Source of the DNA: an uncultured Fibrobacteria bacterium
Lineage (GTDB): Bacteria > Fibrobacterota > Fibrobacteria > UBA11236
Direction of reading: 5' to 3'
NCBI GenBank assembly: GCA_965652255.1
Contig: CBFGVC010000001.1
Span: 1-41,775 of the forward strand
DNA length: 41,775 bases
The notes under the pieces are model-generated. The model was not told the DNA's origin, ran no database searches, and was given only the letters and a program-made list of their open reading frames with translations. Position numbers and translations under genes: made by a program. Positions within the stretch are counted from its first letter, which is position 1; every line of letters starts with the position of its first letter. Positions 28,793 to 38,800 of the stretch are shown here, in pieces.

Positions 28793-29065
28793 TCAATATT
28801 TTATCGGAACCGCGTGATTTTCCGCAGGCGCCCGCCTCGGACTTCGTCCGGGCATGCGCGGAGGACAAGTCCACCGCGTGTAAAAGCGTACGGTACGCAT
28901 TGGCTCCGACCCCCCGCGTCCTCCGCCGCGAACGGTATTCCAGCGCTGATTTCAGGGCATTTCGCGCAGGCATGAAAATCGCACCGCGATCCGCAACCAC
29001 ATCATCGGAGGCAGGCATCCGCGCCCGGCACGGCGCATGCGGATCGCCGCTTCCAGGAGGTTCCG

Positions 29066-30877
29066 ATGTCCCTGCGCTTCATCATCCCGTTTCTTTTTCC
29101 GTCGCTTGCCATGGCCTTCGAGAACTACGGCGAATGGCGCTACTCGAAGCAACTGAACATGAACGCGGATGGCTTGTCCCTTTCGGCCCCCATCCACGAT
29201 TTCCCGCTGCTGGTGCGCCTGAACGCGGGAAACTTCGACTTCGGCGCGGCGCGGCCCGATGGTCACGACCTCCGCTTCACGCGAAGCGATGGCTTGACCC
29301 GCCTTCCCCACCAGGTCGAACGCTGGGATGCGGCGGCGCGCGAGGCGGAGGTCTGGGTGCTGGTCGACACCGTGAGGCGGGCAGGGTTGACCTCCCTCCG
29401 CATGTACTTCGGAAATCCGGGCGCGGCCGATGGCTCTGACGGCGTAGCGGTCTTCGACACGGCCCATGGGCACCGCGCCGTGTTCCACCTCGGCGAAGGG
29501 ACGGGCGACACGGCCCGTGACGCCACCCGCAATGGATTCTTCGGGATCCCGCGCGACACGGCCTCGCGCGGGGTTCCATCCGACGCCCCCGGCGTCATCG
29601 GCCGCGCGAAGGAGTTCGCGGGCGGAGGCCCGAACACCACCATCACCGGAGGGTACTATACCCTGCCGGGCAGCGCATCCGGCCCCCTCAACCTTCCCGA
29701 GAACGGGCCCTACACGATCTCCGCCTGGGTGAAGCTTCGTCCCGGGGCGACGACCAACGCGTTTCGCTGCATCGTGTCCAAGTCCGACTTCCAGTACAAC
29801 CTGATGAAGAACAATGTGGCGAACGAATGGCAGTTCAACCCCTTCTCCTCCACCGATGGAACGCCGTCCCGGTGGGAACGCGCCACGGGCGGGCCCGTCA
29901 ACGCGGGCGAGTGGCAATACGTGGTGGGCATTCGCCACGCCGACAATTCCGAATCGCTGTACGTGGACGGGGTTCCCTCGACGGTCATCGTCAACTCGAA
30001 CAGCGGATCTCCCCGCAGCACCGCGTTCGATGTCATGATCGGACGACGCAGCGACTTCGTTGCGGGCACGTCCAACAACGGAAACCGCTTTTGGGATGGA
30101 TGGATCGACGAAGTGCGCATTTCCTCCGGGGCCCGCGGTGCGGACTGGATCCGCTTGAGCTACGAGACCCAAAGGCCGGGCGCGGCGATCGTGAGCTTCG
30201 GGGAGCCGGTCGGCGGAACCCGCCTGACAGGGCCGGAAGGCGCGAGCCGATGGGATTACGTCTATGACTTCGACTCGCGGCTGCACTATAATCGCGGGCT
30301 GACCTTGCACGGGGCCATGAGCGACTCGGCCCGTTTCATCCGGGCGCAGTACGCATCGGATTCCATGGGAATCGAGGCGATCGACCTGTATGGAAACCCT
30401 TCCTACCGTGTCAGCGTGACGCCCGACAGCATCGTTCTCACGGAAATCTACACCAGCTTCCACGAGCCGGAACCCGTGCAGGTAGCGCGGACCGCCTTCA
30501 GCGCCCAAAGGGTCGAGACTCCCAACCTCGCCGCGCCTTCCGCGGACATCGACACGCTGCGGGCGGGCCGTGTCCTCGCGACGCATGTCGTCTCCACCCC
30601 GACCTGGCGGATTCCCGATTATGTGTTCGAGCCCGGGTATGCCCGAAGGTCCCTGGCCGAGATCGAAACCTTCGTGCGCTCCCGTCGGCATCTCCCCGAC
30701 ATCCCCAGTGCAAGGGAAATCGAAACCTCAGGCCTGGACCTCGCCGAAATGAGCTTGCGTCTCCTCAAGAGCGTCGAGGAGCTGACGCTTCATGTGATCG
30801 ACCTCGACAAGAAAAACACGAGGCTCGAGGAGGAAATCGGAAACCTGCGGACGATCGGAAGGGAGGCACGAAAATGA
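29066..30877 (+). CDS. secreted DUF2341-like / LamG (concanavalin-A-like) protein with a tail-fibre-type C-terminal coiled-coil module
   Basis: AGGAGG lies 5 nt before the ATG, followed by a signal peptide. N-domain FPLLVRL...DGHDLRFT..DG..LPHQVERWD...EVWVLV...MYFGN matches the DUF2341 pattern. Centre YTISAWVK...EWQYVVG...LYVDG...IGRR...WDGWIDEVRIS is LamG-like. The C-terminus IPDYVFEPGYARRSLAEIETFVRSRRHLPDIPSAREIE..GLDLAEMSLRLLKSVEELTLHVIDL resembles a module I recall from Bacteroidota tail-fibre-domain proteins. Confidence 0.85.
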   Translation: MSLRFIIPFLFPSLAMAFENYGEWRYSKQLNMNADGLSLSAPIHDFPLLVRLNAGNFDFGAARPDGHDLRFTRSDGLTRLPHQVERWDAAAREAEVWVLVDTVRRAGLTSLRMYFGNPGAADGSDGVAVFDTAHGHRAVFHLGEGTGDTARDATRNGFFGIPRDTASRGVPSDAPGVIGRAKEFAGGGPNTTITGGYYTLPGSASGPLNLPENGPYTISAWVKLRPGATTNAFRCIVSKSDFQYNLMKNNVANEWQFNPFSSTDGTPSRWERATGGPVNAGEWQYVVGIRHADNSESLYVDGVPSTVIVNSNSGSPRSTAFDVMIGRRSDFVAGTSNNGNRFWDGWIDEVRISSGARGADWIRLSYETQRPGAAIVSFGEPVGGTRLTGPEGASRWDYVYDFDSRLHYNRGLTLHGAMSDSARFIRAQYASDSMGIEAIDLYGNPSYRVSVTPDSIVLTEIYTSFHEPEPVQVARTAFSAQRVETPNLAAPSADIDTLRAGRVLATHVVSTPTWRIPDYVFEPGYARRSLAEIETFVRSRRHLPDIPSAREIETSGLDLAEMSLRLLKSVEELTLHVIDLDKKNTRLEEEIGNLRTIGREARK

Positions 30878-31206
30878 GAACGCCACTCTCGCCTTTCGCG
30901 CACCCGTTTCACGCCCTGCTGGCCGCATGCTTCGTCGCGACGGGGCCCGTTTCCGGCCAGCCGCTCCGGCAAGAGCCTTTCCGAAAATCCATGTTGATCG
31001 CGCCGCGCCCCGCCCATGCCGATAGCGCCGGGAGGCGGCCGGAAACCCGCGAAGGTCCCCAGGTCGCACGGAACGGACAGGAACATCTCTTCGCGTTGGC
31101 CAACCGGATCACGGATCCCGCCCAAATCGACACCATGCGCGGCCTCTCGGGAGAGGACAAATCCTTTCTGCGTCGGCGCTACCACATCCTGAACCCCCTG
31201 GATTGA
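30874..31206 (+). CDS. 110-aa predicted secreted protein, unknown function
   Basis: ATGA overlap with the upstream stop. GGGAGG at 30861-30866. Signal-like HALLAACFVATGPVSG. Confidence 0.55.
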   Translation: MRTPLSPFAHPFHALLAACFVATGPVSGQPLRQEPFRKSMLIAPRPAHADSAGRRPETREGPQVARNGQEHLFALANRITDPAQIDTMRGLSGEDKSFLRRRYHILNPLD

Positions 31207-31215
31207 AGGTCCCCC

Positions 31216-34200
31216 ATGACACTCCGACACCTCGCCCTCCTTCTCGCATCGGCCGCTCCGCTCCTCGGGCAATCGCAGCTCGCGACAAGCGGCATCAACG
31301 CCGGAAGCGTATTTCTTCGCTCGGAACCCGGACAGGCGGCCACGCGCGTTTTCAGCGGCAATTTCCACCAGCCCGGAGGAACCGGGGGACAAACGGTTGG
31401 AAACGTGAACACCTTCACGGGTCAGCCCGCCTACATCCTGCCCTTGCTGACGCTCAACGCACGGGGTGAAGTAGCCTTCCCCTTCAGCCTCGCCTTTTCA
31501 GGCCCCACCTTTCCCACCGTGGAGAACAACAATGAACGCGCGCCCGCGGGGTGGATCGGCGTGGGCTGGTCGCTGCGGACGCCGTTCGTGTCCGTCAACC
31601 ACAAGGGCACGCGGAACCCATCGGATGACGTAGTCTTCTGCGACCTGGGGCCCTACGGGGGTGGACAGGTCATGTGGCAGCCAGAAACGAAACGGTTCCA
31701 TGTGGTGACCGCGCCCGGCATCATCGTGACGCGGGACACCGTTTCGAACCCGGCATCGCCGTTGCACGGGCAAGTCAAGGCTTGGAGTTTCACCATTCCC
31801 GCCACGGGGGTGCGTCTCGTATTCGGCGATGCAGGCGCCGATACGATAGTCAACTCGCACCGCTACCTCCAGCATGCCGGCGGGATGATCGTCGCCAGCC
31901 CTTACAATACGGCGTCGGCCAAGCCGTTCATTTACCGTTGGGACCTTCGGCGCCTGGAGGATCACACCGGACAAACCGGCCTCGACTTCGAATACGACCG
32001 GCACCAGGAGCCCTTGTGGGGCGGGAAAAGCTACACGCGGGAGTCGTACTTGAAGAAAGCGGTATGGCGCGACGAGTTCGGAAACGAGGTACGGCGGGTG
32101 GAGTTGGCGCTGGACACGTTGCAGGCCGGCGAGTATTCCGGCTATTTCCCGGCCGAAGCCAAGACCTCGCAGAAACCATTCGAAACCCGTTACCTCCGCA
32201 GTTTGACGGTGTTCGATGAGGGCCGGCAAACGCTGAGGTACTTGCTCAGGCGGAAGGTGATGGACCTTGCGTACGGGAAAAAGGGCGTCCTGGATTCCAT
32301 CATTCCCCTCCACGGCCCGGAAGAGGCGAAGGCGCCGGGATGGTCTTTCGCCTACCGCGAGAGCGATCAACTGCTGGCGAAAATCACGCCTCCCTCGGGC
32401 CTGAAGGAGGAGTTCGAGTACCAGACCCTGAACCTGGAAGGAACCTCGGGCGGACGAGAGGGACGCTACGCCTTCCGCGATGCGGCCGGAAACGTCGTGA
32501 CCGCCACCAACAACGGAGACGGATGGTGGCCGGAAACCGCGTGCGACGACCGCTTTTGCCACGAGATCATTCGCACCACCACCACGACTCCCGACCGGGT
32601 GCACGTCCGCGTAGCCCACAACACGGGGAATTACTTCGACACCGAAGCGGTGGTGTTCCAAAAGACCTTGGCCGCGGCCAGCACCTCGGCCTCCCAGTGG
32701 AGGATCGTGCCGGTGGGGGATTACATCCTGATCGCCAACACCGAGCTTGCCACGGTGGAACTATGGGAATGGGACGGCAAGCGTTTCATCCACCGCAATG
32801 ACAGCGTCGGGGAACCCGGGGATCCGATCCGGAACCACTTCGGGTATGCGGAAGGCGAGCATCCGGACATCGAGGTCCATCCCGGCGGCGCGAACTACTT
32901 CCTCGTCTACCGGAGGCAGGAAAGGGGATCCCTGAAGCGAAGGATTTGGGTTTACCTCCGGAATCCGGTGTCCGGGAAATGGACGAACCTGACGACCGGG
33001 ACGCGGGGATCGGCGGGGTGCAAGTTCGACAACCACCCGAAACCCAACGGTGGGGGGCTGTATGACCCGGCCGCGGGGGACAGTTGTTTCGCCTGGAGGG
33101 AGCGCTTGCTGATCTCGGCGAACGACAGGATGTTCGCGGTGCGGGAGGAAGGCGAAAACCTGCTTTACTGGTACGCGCTCAACGGAAACGGGACAGGGTT
33201 CGACTCCATCGGCCAGCTGATCCCGCAATTTCCCGAAGGTATCCAGGAAACCAGCGGCGGGGCAAGCTCCCCGCAGAACTGGAACCATCACATCGTCGAT
33301 CTGCGTTTTGGGACGGATCACCTTCTCGTCAAGTCCGCCACGGCATCGGCGAACCATGCAGATTCCCGCTACGACTTCCTGTTCTACGACGGCACGCACG
33401 TCAAGCGCATCGCCGCGCTGGGATGGGAAAACGACTTCCTCTCCCGGGGAAACAATACCGCCATCGGGATCAACCACGACCGGTATGTCCTTTCGGCCGG
33501 GAATTATTTCATCCATGCGAACACCCGGGCGGACGGTCCCAAGCGCGTGGAGTACTGGCGAAAGCGACAATCCCCGGACAGCATCTACTTCGAAAAGACG
33601 GCCACGATAAGGACGGACATCCCCATCGAGGGCGACGCGGACAATCGCATCTCCCTGGGGTCCCGCCACTTTAGCGTGGAGAACTTCCCGAACGGCACCT
33701 TCGATGACAAGTCGCATCCGCGCAAGCCCCCGCTGACGGACGACTCCGGGAATATTCGGAGCTGGCTCTATCGAATCAACGATACCGCCGGAGTGGATTC
33801 CGTGCCCGCCTCGGCCTACACCTTTCAGTGGGACGGCTGCTCGCGAAAAGCCTGGAACATGTCCTTCTCCGGACTTGACAACGTGCTGATGGGAATGACC
33901 CATCGCGGAACGTCCGGCTGCGGATGCACCAACAACTGCAGGATCCGGAACCTTTCGGCCAAGCTGAACAGCCACTCCACGGCCCTGACCCTGGACACCA
34001 TCACGGATCCCGTCCATTCCACGCCCGGCGAAGCCTTCATGCGTGACCGAAGCTGGAGTTTCGGAGCCCGCCTGGCGCAGGCGGTCTACATCACCCACCA
34101 GTCCGGACCCGACACGATCTGGAACAGGAGGTATTTCTTCGATGGGAAAACCTACAGCGCGCCGGTAACGGCGAGCGTCGTTCGCCGTTTCGTGCGGCAG

Positions 34201-35835
34201 GTTGCCTCCGACAGCGCCTATCCGCCGGAAGTGATCGAGTTCGAGTTCACCCCCCCGCATTCGTCCTTCATCACCGAGTTCAACCACAACAGTCTTACCC
34301 CGCAATTCGAATACGCGAAAATCACCCGTCGCGGAGTCCCCGGAGCGACGATCTACACCCATCACGTCGATCACGTCGGCTACAAGCTTCTGCTCGACTC
34401 CGCGGGCCTCTCGGGACGCGTCCGCTGCATCACCACCCTCGACGGCCTCGGCGACACGCTGTCGGTGCTCTACACGGCGTACGCACCGCCATATTCCAGG
34501 GGATGGTCCGCTCCCGGCGTTCGTGATGCCACGGTCGCGGATCCTTGGCCGCAGGGTGTCGCCATGAATCGTCCCTCCAAGACGGTGGCGCGGCATTGGG
34601 GGCCGAATCGCAGTCACCGGACGCATCGCACCCACTCCCGCGTCTGGAGCGACAGCCTGGAAGCCCCATTGTTCGCCATCGCCGAGCAAGGCGGCCGACG
34701 CGCCGTCTCCCAGAGTATTCTCGACGGATCCGGAATACGCGTTGAGCGCATGGTCGGATACGATTATCCCGACACGGCGAATTTGACCGAGGCGTTCCTG
34801 GGCGGGTACAGGAATTCCGTCCTGCCCCTCGACTCGGCGCAAGGCAAGTTCGCGGTCTCATCCTCGAAAGTGGATTACGACCCGATCGATGCCTATCGGG
34901 TCTCCCGAAGCCACGGTTGGCGGGATCCTGGTGGCTACCGGGGGGACGAGGAACTCAATAAGGGGCCTGTCCCCTCCTTCGATCCGGATGTCGGCCTCTT
35001 CGTCGCCTCCGAGGTAACCATGCGTGATGCATTCGGCCAACCGCTGGAGACGCGCATCGAGGACGGGGAAGCCGCAAGCTACACCTCGGTCTTCCACGAA
35101 GGGCGCGCCGCCCTGCCGGTCGGGGTGGTCTCCGGCGCGCGGCGCGAGAACACGGCGATCCTGACCGCCGAGAACGGAAGCATGCCCCAGCTCCTGGCTT
35201 CCTCCGGACGCCTGGATCGGGAGGGGCGCTGGGAGGGCCCCGGAGTCTCCCACGACTCCATTCACGTCCGCACCGGGCGGTACAGCCTCAAGGTCACGGA
35301 CCATTACGGCCCCAGCACCAACATCCATCTCAAGGACGCGCGTGAGGAGGGCTTCGGGTACATCGCCTCGGCGTGGATATACGGCGACATGGACGCACCG
35401 CCGCTTTTTTCGGTTTCATGGCGACGCGGTTCGGACAATGCCATCATGCGGGTGAGGCTCGCCGCGCCGGTTGACGGCGCATATGCCCGAGGAAAGTGGC
35501 AGCGCTGGGAGATCCGCATTCCCCACGATTCCCTCGTGGCGGATGGCCGGTTCCTCGAAGGCAGCAACGACTTCCTGCGGGTCTTCATCGGGCCCGGGGA
35601 TCCGTCCGCGAATCCTTCCCGCGTCATCTATGTGGATGACATCGTGCTTCGGCCTGATAATTCCCTCTTTTCGCTCACGGCCTACGACCGGCGTGGGCTG
35701 CCCGTTCATCTCACCGATACCCATCACCGAACCCTCACCCGCGAGTATGGCATGGCCGGACAATCCACGGCCATCCGCGACGAGCATGGAAGGATCTTCA
35801 GCCAATCCGGCCTCAACAAGCCCGGGGAGAACTAA
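31216..35835 (+). CDS. 1539-aa secreted protein with an SpvB/TcaC(TcB)-like N-terminal domain, a C-terminal jelly-roll (CBM4_9-like) module and terminal YD repeats; no RHS core
   Basis: Signal peptide MTLRHLALLLASAAPLLGQS. N-domain TGQPAYILPLLTLNARGEVAFPFSLAFSG...GWIGVGWSL...SVNHKGTRNPSDDVVF parallels the SpvB-N pattern (G.a..s.Pl....GRg..P.l.L.Y.S...G.GW.l....I.R.T..G.P.Y...D.F). Near the end, TGRYSLKV...VIYVDDIVL is a jelly-roll module, followed by SLTAYDRRGLPVHLTD...REYGMAGQSTAIRDEHGRIF YD repeats. Confidence 0.85.
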   Translation: MTLRHLALLLASAAPLLGQSQLATSGINAGSVFLRSEPGQAATRVFSGNFHQPGGTGGQTVGNVNTFTGQPAYILPLLTLNARGEVAFPFSLAFSGPTFPTVENNNERAPAGWIGVGWSLRTPFVSVNHKGTRNPSDDVVFCDLGPYGGGQVMWQPETKRFHVVTAPGIIVTRDTVSNPASPLHGQVKAWSFTIPATGVRLVFGDAGADTIVNSHRYLQHAGGMIVASPYNTASAKPFIYRWDLRRLEDHTGQTGLDFEYDRHQEPLWGGKSYTRESYLKKAVWRDEFGNEVRRVELALDTLQAGEYSGYFPAEAKTSQKPFETRYLRSLTVFDEGRQTLRYLLRRKVMDLAYGKKGVLDSIIPLHGPEEAKAPGWSFAYRESDQLLAKITPPSGLKEEFEYQTLNLEGTSGGREGRYAFRDAAGNVVTATNNGDGWWPETACDDRFCHEIIRTTTTTPDRVHVRVAHNTGNYFDTEAVVFQKTLAAASTSASQWRIVPVGDYILIANTELATVELWEWDGKRFIHRNDSVGEPGDPIRNHFGYAEGEHPDIEVHPGGANYFLVYRRQERGSLKRRIWVYLRNPVSGKWTNLTTGTRGSAGCKFDNHPKPNGGGLYDPAAGDSCFAWRERLLISANDRMFAVREEGENLLYWYALNGNGTGFDSIGQLIPQFPEGIQETSGGASSPQNWNHHIVDLRFGTDHLLVKSATASANHADSRYDFLFYDGTHVKRIAALGWENDFLSRGNNTAIGINHDRYVLSAGNYFIHANTRADGPKRVEYWRKRQSPDSIYFEKTATIRTDIPIEGDADNRISLGSRHFSVENFPNGTFDDKSHPRKPPLTDDSGNIRSWLYRINDTAGVDSVPASAYTFQWDGCSRKAWNMSFSGLDNVLMGMTHRGTSGCGCTNNCRIRNLSAKLNSHSTALTLDTITDPVHSTPGEAFMRDRSWSFGARLAQAVYITHQSGPDTIWNRRYFFDGKTYSAPVTASVVRRFVRQVASDSAYPPEVIEFEFTPPHSSFITEFNHNSLTPQFEYAKITRRGVPGATIYTHHVDHVGYKLLLDSAGLSGRVRCITTLDGLGDTLSVLYTAYAPPYSRGWSAPGVRDATVADPWPQGVAMNRPSKTVARHWGPNRSHRTHRTHSRVWSDSLEAPLFAIAEQGGRRAVSQSILDGSGIRVERMVGYDYPDTANLTEAFLGGYRNSVLPLDSAQGKFAVSSSKVDYDPIDAYRVSRSHGWRDPGGYRGDEELNKGPVPSFDPDVGLFVASEVTMRDAFGQPLETRIEDGEAASYTSVFHEGRAALPVGVVSGARRENTAILTAENGSMPQLLASSGRLDREGRWEGPGVSHDSIHVRTGRYSLKVTDHYGPSTNIHLKDAREEGFGYIASAWIYGDMDAPPLFSVSWRRGSDNAIMRVRLAAPVDGAYARGKWQRWEIRIPHDSLVADGRFLEGSNDFLRVFIGPGDPSANPSRVIYVDDIVLRPDNSLFSLTAYDRRGLPVHLTDTHHRTLTREYGMAGQSTAIRDEHGRIFSQSGLNKPGEN

Positions 35836-35838
35836 GAC

Positions 35839-38800
35839 ATGAAAACACGATTGCCTTTCAATGCCTTGGTCGTCCTGTCGTGCGGCCTGGCCGCACTGGG
35901 GCCAGCCCCATGGGCAACCCCCCATGCCCGAACCCATTCATGGTTTCAGGAACATGGGAATCTTGTTCCCAACTGGAGTTTCGAGAACGAACTCGACACC
36001 TGGTCGAAGGCCGAGGCCTACGGAGGGATGGCGGCCGACCCCCGGCATGCCCCGTCGGCATTTCCCCCGCGCTCGGGCTCATTCGTCGGGAGAATACATG
36101 GGGCGACAACCACCTCGGGCGCGGTCACCTTGCTGCGTTCCCAAAAATTCGAAGTAGTCCCCGGCCAGGCCTATACGCTCTCGTTCTACGTGCGCTCGTC
36201 CGGAACGATCACGGGCAGTGGACGCCCTGCCATTTTCCTGCATCCGCACAACGCGGGGCACGTCGCGTATCTGCCCGGCCCGACTTATGCGACCTTCTCC
36301 GGATCCGCCGCGATCCCCGACTGGACATTGTACTCCCTCTCTTTCGTGATGCCCGCCGATGTCCGCTTCGCGCACGTGGCGTTGTGGCGAAGCGCCGCGG
36401 TGAACGCGGTCGCGGATCTTTACTTCGACGAGTTGGTGCTGGAGGAAGGCGCTTTCGATGCCGCGGCCGCGGCGGCGCGCAGGAACAGGCACGGCTACTC
36501 CGTGGCGTTTTCGGACGGTCTGGGGCGGCCCCACCAGTCGCACACCCGTCTCCCGGGCGGAGACTACCGTGTGGATGCCGTCTCCTACGATTCGGCGGGA
36601 AGGCCGGAGAAGATCTTCCTTCCATTCGTCGCGCCGGGCGACGAAGCGGGCTCCCCAGAATTCCAGGCCGACCCGCTCTCCGGCGCGAATGCCTACTACT
36701 ACTACCAGACCATCACCCCGGGCTTGGGCGGAAATCCCTATTCCGAAACACGCTATGCCCCCGAACCGACACCGCGTGCGATCCGCACCGCCGCCCCCGG
36801 ATCCGCCTGGCTCATGGACGAAGGCCGGAACGTCGAAACAGGTTTTTGCTTCGTGGCTCACCCCGGAATCCCATCGTTGCCGCCTTGCGCCTCTTCGGAT
36901 CCCGGCGAGAAGGAATATCGCCTCGATTGGAGGCGCGACGAGGATTCCGCATATGCCCTGAGCTGGACGAACCGGAAGGGACAGGTGGTGCAGACCGCCA
37001 CGCAGGCCGAAGGAAGCTCCTGGGCCATCACCAAGACCGACTACTACCCCAACGGCCTTGTCCGACGCATCCGCACCCCGCTCGATACCTCCGGCGCGGC
37101 CTTCGCGGAGGTATTCAACCACGACGCCGCAGGGCAACTCACAAGCCGGTTCGATCCGGATCGTGGCCTCGTGAAGTTCTGGTACAACAAGCGCGGATTG
37201 CCGCGATACAGCCAAACGGAGGTGCAACGCGCGAAGTCGCCGCAATTGTTCGGGTATATCGATTACGACGACGCAGGAAACGTCGTCTCAATGGGCGAGC
37301 AGATGCTTTACTACCCGGTTCCCAACCAGGAGGTCTGGGTGGATGGGAATGGAGAAGGGTACCCGTATGACAAAATCGAGCACAAGGGGTGGCTCTACGG
37401 AGATTTGCAGGACTTCGGGACTCGAACGGGCTTATCGCTCGATTCCGTTCCCGGCGCCTCCGTCATCGACGGCGCCTTCCGTGCGGGAGCCTTGCGGGCA
37501 ACCTGGCACCGGAACCCGGGATCCCTCGCGCCAAGGCTATCCGCGACCGAAAGACTGGTCGTCGACTTCCACGACTATGATCATCGCGGCAACATCCAGC
37601 GTCGCCATAAATACGTCGGGGCGATGGAGAACTCGCTCTTGCATACCGTCGAGTATGCCTACGATGCGACGGATCGTCCCACATTGCGGAAAAGTTTTCC
37701 GGCCGACGCTCCGCACGAGCCGCTCATGGTGCAGGCCTATTCGTATGATGCGCTGGGGCGAGTGAGCGCGATTACCGGACTTGACGATACAGTGGCCCGC
37801 TATGGCTACTTCCGTCACGGCGCCCTCCGCGAGGTCGGCCTCGGCGGAGACTCCGCCGGGGCAGGTGTTTGGGTTGGCTATGGCTATCACCCCCGCAGCT
37901 GGATCCGGGAAATCAAGGCCTTCCGCGATAGTGATGGGCACGCGATTTGGCGGCAGTCCCTGGGCTACGAGGCGCGAGCGATCGACGAGGACGGGGCGCC
38001 CCCGCCAGCCGCCCCCCGCCATACGGGCCAAATCACCCAACAAGTGTACCATTACTCCTCCGACGTTCCGAATCCCGTTCGTGCGGTGAACTATGTTTAC
38101 GACCGCATGGGCCGATTGACAACCGCCGATTACCGGCATGGCACGGGGCTCGACGCCCATGGAGAACTCGCCTTCCCCTTGTCGCTTTCTGATGCGAGCG
38201 ATCTCGATACCCGGGTCGCCTATGACCTGAACGGCCGCATCCTCGGCAAGCGTTCAGGCGGGGTCATGCCCTATGATTCGGCATCCTACCATTATCGCAA
38301 CGACTCCTACCGGCTCGAAAGGGTCACGGGAAAGCTCTCGGGCGGAAACCGCGATGCGTCGCACTCCCAGAACTTCGCCTACGATGCCGATGGCCGGATG
38401 ACCCGGGACCTTTCCAAGAACCTTCGCATCGCCTATGCCTACGACGGGATGCCGGTCGAAATGGCGATTCGCGACGACGATCGGGAAATCGTCCTGTTCC
38501 CGCTCTACGACGCGGCCGGCCAGCGCGTGACGCAAGTGACGGCGCGACGCCTGCCTCGAGGATTTCCGGTGTACTGGGTGGGGCGACGCGAAGGCGGCGA
38601 GCCCGAGGGCATTTACGATGCACCCACCATCGAGGCGGCCCTGGCAGATGCCCACCATCGGCTGAACTCCCTGAACCAACCCGCGCCCGACTCGCTGGTA
38701 TTGTACGTGGTGCCCGACTCCGGATCGAACGCCGTGCTCCCGGAGGGCGGAGAAATCAACCCCGCCAGCAAGGGGGATACGATCATTCCCGTGATCCTGC

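Noticed and set aside
28764-29439. ORFs 28764..29018(-) and 28900..29439(+) in the RHS leader
   Set aside because: Both are Arg-rich with no start context. The plus-strand ORF runs out of frame into the well-supported DUF2341 gene, which has AGGAGG 5 nt before its ATG.
30580-30877. Reading the tail-fibre-like C-terminal module as evidence for a prophage or tailocin
   Set aside because: No capsid, tail, baseplate, integrase or lysis genes are present anywhere in the window. The module is fused to a Sec-secreted DUF2341/LamG protein.
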